Assembly (NCBI RefSeq): GCF_009914755.1 | Contig: NC_060946.1 | DNA length: 64,000 bases | Direction: 5' to 3' (one strand) | DNA from: the human T2T-CHM13v2.0 reference genome, Homo sapiens | Shown: in pieces, positions 25,801-39,240 of the stretch | Layout: every line of letters begins with the position of its first letter | Numbering within the stretch: the first letter of the stretch is position 1 | Notes under the pieces: generated by a model | Told to the model about the DNA's origin: nothing | The model's input: only the letters and a program-made list of their open reading frames with translations | Database searches by the model: none | Made by a program: the position numbers and the translations under genes

Positions 25801-28800
25801 CAGTCTTTTTGACAGTGTGAGATCCATTCGAAATAAAGGAATGGAATGGAATGGAGTAGAATGGAAAAAAATGGAGTGGAGTGGAGTGGAATGGAACGGA
25901 ATGGAGGGGAATGGAATAGAATGGAATGAATGGAATGGAATGGAATGTATTGGAATGGAATGGAATGAAATGGTGAAATGAAATGTGATCTGAGATTGTG
26001 CCACTGCACTCCAGCCTCGGTGACAGAGTGAGATCCTGTCAAAACAAAATATTGGAATGGAATGGCGTGGAATGGAATGGAATGCAGTGCAGTGGAGTGG
26101 AGTGGAAAGGAGTGGAATGGAATGGGATGGAATGAAATGGAGGGGAGTGGAGTAGAGTGGAACAGAATGGAGTGGAGTCGAGTGGAAAGGAGTGGAGAGG
26201 AGTGGAGTGGAATGGAATGGAATGGAATGGAATGGAATGGAATGGAATGGAATGGTGAAAAGAAATGTGTGCTGAAATTGTGCCACTGTGCTACAGCCTG
26301 TGTGACAGAGGGAGATCCTGTCGAAGGAAAGGGAGTGGAATGGAAGGGATTGGAATGGAATGGAAAGGAATGGATGGAAGTGGAGTGGAGTGGAATTGAT
26401 TGGAGTGGAGTGGAGTGCAGTGGAATGGAATGGAATGGAATGGAATGGAATGGAATCGTGAAATGAAATGTGAGCTGTTTTTGTGTCACTGCACACCAGT
26501 CTGAGTGACAGAGTGAGATACTGTCAAAAGAAAGAATGGAATGGAGTGGAGTTGAATGGAATGGAATGGAGTGGAGTGGAGTGGAAAGGAGTGGAATGGA
26601 ATGGGATGGAATGGACAGGTGTGGAGTGCACTGGAATGGAGAGGAGTGGAGTGGAGTGGCATGGATTGGAGTGGAGTGGAGTGGAGTGGATTGGAATGGA
26701 ATGGAATGGAGTGGAATGGAATGGAATGGAGAAACGAAATGTGAGCTGAGACTGTGCCACTGTGCTCCAGGCTGGGTCACAGAGTGAGATACTCTCGAAA
26801 GGAAGGAATGGAATGGAATGCAGTGCAATGGAATGGAATGGAATGGAGTGGACTGGAGTGGAGTGGAATGGCGAGGAATAGAATGGGATGGAATGGAATG
26901 GAATGAAGTGGAGTGGAGTGGGATGCAGTGGAGTTCAGTGGAATGGAGAGGAGTGGAGTTCAATGGAATGGAACAGAGTGGGGTTCAGTGGAATGGAGCC
27001 GAATGGATTGGGATGGAGTGGAATGGAGTGTAGTGGAGTGCAGTGGAGTGGAGAGGAGTGGAATTGAGTGGAATGGAATCGGATGTAATGGAATGCAGTG
27101 GAGTAGAGTGGCGTGGAGTGGTGTGGAATGAAGTGGAATGGAATGTAATTGAATGGAATGGAATGGAATGCAGTGCAATGGAAAGTTGACATGTAATGTG
27201 AGCTGTGATTGTGCCACTGCCCTCCAGCCTGGGTGACACAGTGATATCCTGTTGAAAGAAAGTAATGGAATGCAATGGAGTTAAATGGAATGGAATGGAA
27301 TGGAGTGGAGGGGAGTGGAGTGGAGTGGAGTGGAGTGAAATGGAGTCGAATGGAATGGGATGGAGTGAAATGGAATGGAGTGGAGTGGACTAGAGGTAAA
27401 TAGGGTGGAATGGAATTGGATGGAATGGAGTGCAATGGAATGGTGAAAAGAAATTTGAGCTGAGATTGTGCCGCTGCACTCCAGGCTTTGTGAAAGAGTG
27501 AGCTCCTGCGGAAAGAAAGGAATGGAATGGAATGGAGTGGAATTGTATGGAATGGAATGCAGTGAAGTGGAGTGGAGTCAAGTGGAATGCAGTGGAATGG
27601 AATGGGATGGAGAGGAATGGCATGGAGTGGAGAGGAGTGGATTGGAGTGGAGTAGAGTGAAATTTAGTGAAATGGAATGGGATGGAATTGAATGCCATGG
27701 AGTGAGGTGGAGTGGAATGGACTGGAGTGCAGTAGAGTGGAATGGAGTGGAGTGGAATGGAATGGAATGCAGTGAAATGTAATAGAATGGAATGCAATGG
27801 AATAGAATGGAATGGAGTGGTGAAATGAAATGTGAGCTGAGTTTGTGCCACTGCCCGCCAGTCTTGTTGACAGGTTGAGATGCTATCAAAAGAAAGTAAT
27901 GGAATGGAATGGAGTGGAGTGGAGTTGATTGTAGTGGAGTGGTGTGGAGCGGAATGGAGTGGAATGGAATGGTATGGAATGGAATGGAGTGGATTGGAGT
28001 GGAATAGAGTGGACTGGCGTGGAATGGAATGGAATGGAATGGAATGGAATGGAATGGAATGGAATGGAGTGGAGTGGAGTGCAGTGGAATGGAATGGAAT
28101 GGAGTGGAATGGAATGAAATGGAATGGAATGGAATGGAATGGAATGGAATGGAATAGTGAAATGAAATGTAAGCTGAGATTCTGCCACTGCACTCCAGAC
28201 TGGGTGACCGAGAGACATCCTGTCGAATGTGAGGAATGGAACGGAATGGAGTGTAATGGAATGGAATGGAATGGAGTGGAGTGGAGTGGAATGGAATGGA
28301 GTGGAAAGGAAAGGAATGGAATGGAGTGGAATGGAGTGGAGAGGAGTGGAGTCAAATGGAATGGAATGGGATGGAATCGAATGGAATGAAGTGGAGGGGA
28401 GTGGAGTGGAGTGTTGGGGAGAGGAGTGGAGTGATATGGAATTGGATGGAATTGAATGGAGTGGAGTGGAGTTGGATGGAGAGGAATGGAGTAGAGTGGA
28501 GTGGAATTTAATGGAATGGAATGGAGTGGAGTCGAATGAAGAGGAGTGGAGTGGAGTGGAATGGAATGTAGTGGAATCGAATTGAAAGGAATGGAAAACA
28601 ATGGAATGGAATGGAGTGGAATGAAATGGAATGGAGTGTGGTGGAGTGGAGTGGAATGGACTGAATTTGAGTGGACTCGAGTGGAATGGAGTGGGGTGGA
28701 GTGGAATGGAATTGATTGGAGAGAAGTGGTGTGGAGTGGAGTGGAGTGGAATTGAGTGGAATTCAATGGGATGGAATGGAGTGGAGTGGAGTGGAATGTA

Positions 28801-29615
28801 GTGGATTGGAGTGGAGTGGAGTGGAATGGAATGGAATAGAGTGGAATGGAATGGAATGTAATGGAGAAGAGTGGAGTGGAATGGAGTGGAATGGGAAGGG
28901 ATGGAATGGAATGGAATGAAATGGAATGGAAAGGAATCATGAAATCAAATGATAGCTGAGATTATGACACTGCAATCCATCCTGGGTGACAGAGTGAGAT
29001 CTTGTCGACAAAAAGGAATAGAATGGAATGGTGTGGAATGGAACAGCATAGAATGCAGTGGATTGAAGTGGAGTGAAATGGAGTGGAATGGAATGGGATG
29101 GGATGGATTGGAATGGAGTGGAGTGAAGTGGAATGGAGTGGAGAGGAATGGAATGGGATGGGATGGAATGGAGTTGAGTGGATTGGATTCAAATGGAATG
29201 GAGTGGAGTGGAGTGGAGAGGAGTGTAGTTGAATGGAATGGAATAGAATGGAATAGAATGGTTAAATGAAATGTGAGCTGAGATAGTGCCACTGCACTCC
29301 ATCCTGGGTGACAGGTGAGATCCTATCGAAAGAAAGGAATGGAACAGATTAGAGTGGAATGGAATGGAGTGGGGCGGAGTGGGGTGGAGTAGAGTGGAGT
29401 GTAGTGGAGTATAGTGGAATGAAGAGGAATGGAATGGGATGTAATGGAAAGGAATGCAGTGGAGTGGAGTAGAGTGGAGTTTCGTGGAGTGGTGTGGAAT
29501 GGAATGGAATGGAATGGAATGGAATGGAATGGAATGGCACGTTGAAATGAAATGTGGGCTGAGATTGTGCCACTGCACTCCAGCCTGGGTGACGGAGTGA
29601 GTTCCTGACGAAATA
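10848..29615 (+). repeat. Composite satellite: ~51 tandem units, each a pentamer tract plus a ~60-bp Alu 3'-end fragment
   Basis: Recurrent motif GGTGAAATGAAAT-GTGAGCTGAGATTGTGCCACTGCACTCCAGCCTGGGTGACAGAGTGAGATCCTGTC-GAAAGAAA. Approximate starts: 10848, 11280, 11584, 12004, 12242, 12431, 12619, 12881, 13071, 13373, 13719, 13971, 14318, 14690, 15121, 15735, 16180, 16543, 17180, 17564, 18037, 18433, 18929, 19252, 19653, 20182, 20603, 20875, 21138, 21625, 22019, 22605, 23021, 23179, 23571, 23912, 24538, 24979, 25292, 25774, 25985, 26267, 26470, 26741, 27198, 27456, 27832, 28169, 28951, 29273, 29554. The core matches the 3' ends of the full Alus in this window (for example 54806-54861). Confidence 0.93.
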
Positions 29616-29785
29616 AAAGAATGGAATGGAATGGATTGGAATGAAATGGAATGGAATAGAATGGAGTGTAGTGGACTGGAGTAGAGTGGAATGTAGTGGA
29701 GTTGAGTGGAAGGGAATGGAATGAGATGGAATGGAATGGAATGGAATGGAATGGAATGGAGTGGAGTGGAGTGGAGTGGAGTGGA

Positions 29786-30389
<604 letters not shown>

Positions 30390-31722
30390 TCTTGAGAAGT
30401 TTTTTGGGACTTTCAGCTAGGAGATAATATCTTCTGAGTCTTGGGTATCTCAAATTATGACAGGTAAGAAGTTTTACTTGTCTGCAGAGCAGAGTGTCAG
30501 AGCATAATTTTATGCCGAAGAGGGAATAAAGAGAATTCTCTAATTAAAATTTGAATCAGAAATATGGCTATTTTTATGTACAACAATCTCTAAGGCTTCT
30601 TGGAAAGGAACTAGCTGCCTGATTTTTTTTCATTTGAATCCACTAATACATGAAGAGGATGATTCTCCCATACCGATCACAAGAATGATATCTGTAGAAT
30701 CAAAAGTTGAAATCCTATTATCCTAGAACTTTTTTCAGAAAACTTGAACATGTATTGAAATGTCATGCTGGTCATATATTTTATACCAATGAGGAATTTA
30801 CTTATTATATACTTTAGATTTTTAGCCCTATCCCTGCCCACCAGAAATGTTTCTTTTGAATCCAATTTGGTCCTCAAAGATTTAAATGTTAAGGAATGTA
30901 TAGGGGTTTCTTTTTTCTTCTTTTTTTTTTGTCAAGCTATTGTATATTTTTACTTTACCTGTTTGGGTATGTTGTTACTATTTGTTTAGACTCTCATACC
31001 AGAAAAAAATATATAGTGAATTTTACATGTATGGAGTCTTCATTAATCTGTATAAACTGACAAGTTTAGAATATCAAAGTCAACACTGTAAAAAATAAAG
31101 TGATATTTTATCTGGTCTATCTCCTTGCAAATAAAAGAACAATAAATTCTGTACTATTATGAAATATATGAGCTTGAAAATTTTTCAAGTCCCTTGTATA
31201 GAATGGCCTTCGAATTCAAGGTATAAACTACAACAAAACACTTTCGAGATCTAGTTTGATTGCAGAGTGCATTCTTACTCATTTATATATTCTCTGCAAT
31301 TTCTGATTCAAGATATTTCACAATTCTAAAGGAAAACCAAAATAGAATAATAATTACAAAACAAAATAAAAAGTAATTGAGGAAGATATATGAGCAACTT
31401 ATTCTTGACAACTAGCTTTTTAACAAACAGAAAAGTGCACTAAAAATACTGCCTAATTGTTTAAAGTAGGCTGAGATCTGACTGTATCCCCTAAGTGAGT
31501 GTCATAAAGAAAAAATTACCTTTGAGGGAGCACAGTGGTTAAATTTAAAAGATTTATTGTTTAACTTCAGGAAGACTTTCAGTAACTTTTTATAAACTGT
31601 ATACAGTTAATGGAAGACATGTTATGCTTCTTGTAAGAATTTGTTCCAAATCACTGTGTATAATTAATGGCTTGTCTACATATTTTTTCAATAAAACTGT
31701 TCGTGCAGAATTTTAAGTAGGC

Positions 31723-32616
31723 ACTTTCCGTACCAGAATGAATGTATCTTTGTGAAGATACCACTTATGTACCATAACACCCAAAGCATAATGAGGAGAT
31801 TTTGATACACTGCAGATTTAGAACTGAGTTGGAAAACAAAACTTCAAGATACTGTCTTGTCAGCACAAAGCATATAAATTCATCACTGTCAGTTGAGATT
31901 TAAATTCACAAACTTATATGCAATAAAATCAAAGTAATTTTATTATAAGTTTTTTGACACCAGATTATATGTGGTAAATAATTTACTTTCTAATCAAGCA
32001 ATTGACACATATAAACCTGAAATAGAGAGTTTTGCCTTTTAATTAGATTCATTGTTAAGCAAAGAATGGTTGAAGCAGCAGTTGAGAATTATCTTTTTCT
32101 CTTTTTGCTGTTCTTACAAGGACAGCTTCTAGAATTGTTTTCAAAACAATAGAACAGAAAATTTCACTTACTCATTTAATTTAACTTTTGTTAAAGTACT
32201 TTGCCAAAATTAGCAAACTATGAAAGGAAAGTTTGCCTTTTCAATATATGTGTAAGTGGAAAGTAAAAGTTGGTCTTAAAACACGTGATCTCATAGAAAT
32301 AACATGGGATCAAAAAGAGTTCTGAAGGTGTTCAGGAAATGCCAGTCCTGAATGGATTGCTTTGGTGTACTGATTACATTGAACTGAAAATATTTGAAAA
32401 ACAACAAATGCGGGACGTGCTTTCTCTGCACTCCCTTTACGTTCCTCAAGAGAGATCCTCCAAAAGGAACTTTCAATACCAGAATGAATGTATCTTTGTA
32501 AAGATAGAATTTATCTACCATAACATCCAAAGCATGATGAGGAGATTTTTATACACTGAAGATTTAGAACTGAACTGGAAAACAAAGCTTCAAGATACTG
32601 TCTTGTCAGCACAAAG
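31723..32616 (+). repeat. Diverged ~145-bp direct repeat pair (about 31723-31870 and 32469-32616), offset 746 bp
   Basis: TACCAGAATGAATGTATCTTTGT occurs at 31731 and 32477. CTTCAAGATACTGTCTTGTCAGCACAAAG ends at 31870 and 32616. Confidence 0.9.
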
Positions 32617-32629
32617 ACATTCATCTCCT

Positions 32630-33029
32630 TCCTAGGAGTTTCATCAGCCAGGGAAAATTGACTCCTCATATCACAGGAGACAAGACTAAGGGTCCATACC
32701 ACACCAAGACAGACTGCCACAAACTATCATCTATTCTCCTAAGGTTCTGGTCATCTTTCCCAAAAGTCATTTGCTCTCCCCTAAGTTTCCTACATTCTTC
32801 CTCCTGCCTTCCCTATATGCTCCTAAATCTCACTGGGGTTTTTCTTGGTGGCGTTTTGTTTGTTTTGTTTTGTTTTGTTTTTGATTCCACTTTTCTTTCC
32901 TGTGATTCCCCCATGCATGTAATAAATGTGTATACCTTTTCTTCTTTTGACATGCCTGTTATCCATTTATTTCATAGACTCAGTTATCATACCTTCAGAG
33001 GGTAGAGGGAAAGTTCTCCAAGTCCTACG
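32630..33029 (+). mobile_element. ERV1 LTR fragment (MER4 group, MER34/MER39-like)
   Basis: AATAAATGTGTATACCTTTTCTTC...ACCTTCAGAGGGTAGAGGGAAAGTTCTCC...CCTAC resembles the U5/3' end of MER34/MER39-type LTRs. The 5' boundary is approximate. Confidence 0.55.
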
Positions 33030-34697
33030 GTTCCAACAGAAAATAGCTAGTAACTGCAAATGCAAAAGTCATATAAACTTTGAGATAAAGTTAGCTTCTT
33101 ATACGATATGTTCAGAAAGAAGAGGTGTGTTGCACACCAAGGGACATTTCCCTGGTCTTAGTTCCTAAGTTTCTCTGAGAAGAAGCAGTTACTACTACAG
33201 CAGTTAAACACCTGACTCCCAAATTATAAAAGCCTAAGTGTTCAGATTAAATCATGAGTTGTCAACTGTGAATCATAAAGTCTGAACTCTTTAAATTGCA
33301 AACACACATATAAAAGGGATTCTTATACAAGGATCCATGAGTGGAACTACAAAGTTTTGTCAGAATCTCTATATATGTTTTCTTTTTAAGGGTCATAAAT
33401 TTCAATATATGTTAAAAGATATCTGGAGCTAGTAAAGGTTAATAACCATTTTCAGTTTTGTGCTGAAATTGACAAATCATGCCTTTTCTTCCTCCAACAC
33501 ACCCCCTCCCGCCCCAGCACACCACTGGTTAATCTTTATTTTCAGGAGAGAAAAAGATGTTTCATATTAATAAAGGTAAATTATACACTTGTTTGTTTTA
33601 TACTTTTCCACCTATTAAGCCTAATCGTGTTTTAATAATGTATAATTGAATACATTAACATTTAGATGTTAGTAAACTAATAACAAATGTTCATTATTTC
33701 TCTTGAGTAGAGGAATACAAATTTTGCACCCATTGTTGTATAGAATGTTTTTTAAAATCTCATTCAATCCCTTAGAAGTTTAAGATTTTTTTTCAAGAAT
33801 TTATATATAAAATTTTTACTTAGAAGCAGATAGCTCACAAAAAGTATGGGGTTTTTTTGGATTATAAATAAACTATTCCACTCACCAAGATGCTGAGACA
33901 TCCTACTTTCTGGTATTTTGAAATGAAAACAACACACAAGAATGTGACGATGAAGCAAGTGAAAATTAAAAGGGTACAGACTTTAGAAGTATCATAAGCT
34001 AAAAATAAAGTGAAACACATCTGTAAAGGAACCAAAAGCCCAAGCAGATATAATACAGTAAATTATGAGAAGCTAAAAAAATGAGGGGGTGACAAACAAT
34101 AAAGTGAAAATTTCTGATAAAGCCAAAACTATTTGAATGGCAGTCAACAAAACAGAAGAAAAAAATGACACTCATAACAACGCAGAACTATGGAAATGCA
34201 TCCCCGGGGGTAAAATAATAGAGTTGTGAATTAGTGGAGGCGAATCACCAATACTGGCCAACTAAAGCCCGCTAACATAATTCAAAGGGTGGAGAAATTC
34301 TGTAGCTGAAGACAAAAAGTCTGAAATATATTATGGTATAGTCAAATGAGTGTCATTTCTAATATACACACTTATTTTTCAAGAGTTGATAATATGAAGT
34401 AAAAATTTAGTATGCAAAGTTCAAATTTTCCATTTGTTGAGTAATTCATTTTTATTAAATATTTTCCAACAATTAAACTAAAGTGGTACCAGAACAGAGT
34501 AGACATTCTGAGCTTTCACTTTACAAAAGCTAAGCATAAATCTACATACTTTTTAAGGATATAAACAAAGTCAGAGCCTGTGTGATATTTCAATAAACAA
34601 TTGGAGAAAATTTTTCTTTAAGAATAGATTATATACATATTGACCTCTTTGAGATCCTTAGTTTTGTGTGTGTGTGTGGACATATGTTTTCATTTCC

Positions 34698-36450
<1,753 letters not shown>

Positions 36451-36485
36451 AGATCCTTATTGTGAGAGTCAGTTCAGAATCTGGG

Positions 36486-36791
36486 GTTTTGTTTTGTTTT
36501 GTTTTGTTTTGAGATGGAGTATCTCTCTGTTACCAGGCTGGAGTACAGTGGTACAGTCTCGGCTCATGCAACCTCTGCCTCCCAGGTCCAAGTGATTCTC
36601 CTGCCTCAGCCTCCCAAGTAACTGGGACTACAGGCACGTGCCACCATGCCCAGCTAATTTTTGTATTTTTTTTAGTAGAGATGGGGTTTCACCATGTTGG
36701 CCAGGATGGTCCCGATCTGTTGACCTTGTGATTTGCCTGCCTCAGCCTCCCAAAGTGCTGGGATCACAGACGTGAGCCACGGCGCCCAGCC
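36486..36791 (-). mobile_element. Alu, AluSc-like, full length
   Basis: Antisense Alu with a (GTTTT)n tail. TGTTACCAGGC and CCAGGATGGT..GATC..TTGACCTTGTGAT are AluSc-type diagnostics. TSD CAGAATCTGGG at 36475-36485 and 36792-36802. Confidence 0.92.
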
Positions 36792-38360
36792 CAGAATCTG
36801 GGTCTTAACCAGATTTGCCATTATAAAATGAAATGAAACCAAAACCACCAGTCAATATCTGTAGCAGTGTCATTGTTGGGGAGCATGCACGTTTGTTTGA
36901 GCTTACTTATATATACAGAGCTGTTTAGCTTAATCTTTAAATGGAAAATTTTTAGTATTTTTAGAATGTTTTAGATATTTTGATGAAAAATTTTGTGTTA
37001 ACAAACTACTATTAAAAAAATATAGGTTATATATTTCTGAACACATTGGCAGATGTAAATGACAAAGTTATATTCACACAATCAGTTTTTCTTGCACAGA
37101 ATTGACATTTTGTCAAAAAGTTAAAATCTTTGAAATGTATTTTCTGTCCTCATCTTTCCCCTTTTGAGCATTTTTCCCCCTGAGTTGGTTATAAAATGTT
37201 CCCTAACTCCAGGCATCTGATTAAATTTTGTGTTTTCTCCCTTCCTACCAACTCATATGGATTGGTAAAGATCTGATAGAAGACAATTGCCAAAAATCAA
37301 TCAAATATGTTTTAAATTAAACTTCTCCAAGATAATATTCATATTAATCCTTCTTTAACTGCTGAATGAGGAATAATTGTTCACTGACCCTTAAAATCCT
37401 AAAACTTAATCAGCTCACTGGAGTGGATGAATGGATATTTGTCCAGATGAGAATGCTTAAGGTCTACTTCAAGGAGTTCATAATAGTAAAAATGTCCTTT
37501 TCTTCCATCAGAATCTTCATCCTGGATCTTTTCATCCTTATTTTTCTACTAGCTCTCCTTATCCAAATACACTGACTTGGAACCCCAGTTTCAGTGGTGG
37601 ACTGCGTGGATTTGATTCTAAGCTATGCTATAATGAGAAAGTAGCTCTAACCCTATTCTCATTTTCCTCACATGTAATATAGAAATCATCATCAGACAAT
37701 ATACAGATAGGGGCCAGTTATTTCACAGATAATAATAGGTGAAAATGGAGAGTATGTGGGTGTAGACATGGGAAAGTGAGTTTAAATGGTTTCAGGAGTC
37801 TGTGGAAGTTGTCTTTGGATGATTCAATGTTCTCAGGGAAGCACAACCAAAAAGACATTGAGGATTTCTGGGGAAGTGTTAGGGATTAGAGACAGGATAA
37901 GATACAAAACTAGGTAAATTAGAGAGTGAATAGATTGGAACATATGTAGTATGATTGATTGATAGGCAGCACTGAGATTCTCATTTTCAAGTGGGATATT
38001 TTTCAATTTGATCCATATAGCTAGTTGCTCAAATATATGTGGGGATTTGGTGGAAATTTGGATCTAACCAGGGTTATTTTCCTGGTTAGATTCAGCAAAG
38101 TGAAAGAGAAACAAGGAAGTTGAAGTTTCCCGGGAATGGCTGGCCATGGAATTTAGGCAGGAGAACAGGAAATAGAGTACATCAAGTAGGTAAGGGTCAT
38201 TGTGAATATGATAAAATAATAGTTTGGAGGTCTCAGAGAGATTGAAAAATTTTATGTCAGCGTATGAAAGGGAATGATTAAAGGAGGAGCTCAGAGAATG
38301 GGATGAATGAAAGTGTGACTACAGAGAAGTTCCTATTATAAGTAATGACGATGCTTCACT

Positions 38361-38547
38361 CAGTCCGTCTGGAAGTGTGGTCCCTGTGCTAGCAGCATCA
38401 GCATCACCTGGGAACTTACTAGAAGTGCATATTCTCAGGTTACACCCCAGATCTACCAAATCTGAAATTCCAATAGCAGGTCTCAGCAATCTCTTATTGT
38501 AACACAACTGTAGGCAATTTTGAGGCACACAGTAGTTAGCACAACTG
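38361..38547 (+). mobile_element. MER5A (hAT-Charlie non-autonomous DNA transposon)
   Basis: AAGTGTGGTCCC..AGCAGCATCAGCATCACCTGGGAACTT..TAGAA..GCA.ATTCTC...ACCCCAGA.CTAC matches the MER5A consensus. CAGT and ACTG ends enclose ~187 bp. Confidence 0.85.
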
Positions 38548-38564
38548 GTCTAGGCTATGTCCTA

Positions 38565-39240
38565 TTTGGTCTTCCTCCCCAGTTCACAGTACAGAGCTCC
38601 TAAAACTTGAAATTTCCTGATAGAGATGAGAGGACCATCCTTTACTAGTCATAAGTCCCTCTTAGCCATACCTGAGTTTATACTATTGACATGACATGAG
38701 TGGTGGCTGGAGACCCGTATAGCTTCAGGGTGGGTGCTGGACATCAGAAACATGAAGGCATAACTAGATGGTTGAAACTGTCAGCTCTCTCCTCCATCAC
38801 CTCTGAGGTGCTGGGAGCGTGATACAGTGATATACTTAGAGGTCATATGGCAGCTTTGTGCCCCTTTTCACCATACCTGGCCCTATGTGTCTCTTCTATT
38901 TGACAGTTCCTGATTTGTATCAGACAGTAACTGTAAGCAAAGTGCTTTCTTGGGTTCTGTGCGCCATCTTAGCAAATTATAGAACCTGGGGAAGGAATCC
39001 ATGGAAGTCCTAATTTATAGACAGTTGGTCAGGAGTATGGGAGGCCCACAACTCCTCTCTAATGGTGGGGGTCAGTCTTGTGGGCCTGAACCCTGAACTT
39101 TTGGGATCTGATGTTATCTCCAGATAGATAGTCTCAGGATTGAATTGAATTGTAGGACACCATTTGGTGTCCTGAGAGTTGAAGAATTGATTGGGGTGAG
39201 ACTAAATCTACAAATTTGATCTCAGAAGATTGAGTAGAAA
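38565..39240 (+). mobile_element. MER21-family LTR
   Basis: ACAGAGCTCCTAAAAC, CCATACCTGAGTTTAT, AGCTTCAGGGTGGG, AGTCTTGTGGGCCTGAACCCT..GGGATCTGA and GGATTGAATTGAATTGTAGGACACC are MER21-type motifs in the expected order. Confidence 0.75.

Larger units (their letters stand above)
1..29785 (+). repeat. Human satellite III-type (HSat3-like) array of diverged (GGAAT)n/(GGAGT)n pentamers, purine-rich strand on +
   Basis: Continuous 5-bp periodicity of GGAAT, GGAGT, GCAAT, GAAAT and GGATT variants for ~29.8 kb. The regular CGAAT/ATCATC-rich higher unit typical of HSat2 is not seen. The array runs off the left edge of the window. Confidence 0.95.

Noticed and set aside
10848-29615. CRISPR-like appearance (constant repeat with variable spacers)
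   Set aside because: The constant unit is Alu-derived, the spacers are homologous satellite of 100-700 bp, there are no cas genes and the DNA is primate.
10848-29615. Alu fragments as independent insertions or as Pol III/7SL-like RNA genes
   Set aside because: They have identical breakpoints and shared mutations, and lack A/B boxes, poly(A) tails and TSDs.
1-29785. HSat2 assignment or a telomeric repeat
   Set aside because: There is no regular CATTCGATT/GATGAT HSat2 unit and no TTAGGG tract.
37700-38320. Purine-rich stretch, possibly an L2 remnant
   Set aside because: No motif I could match with confidence.
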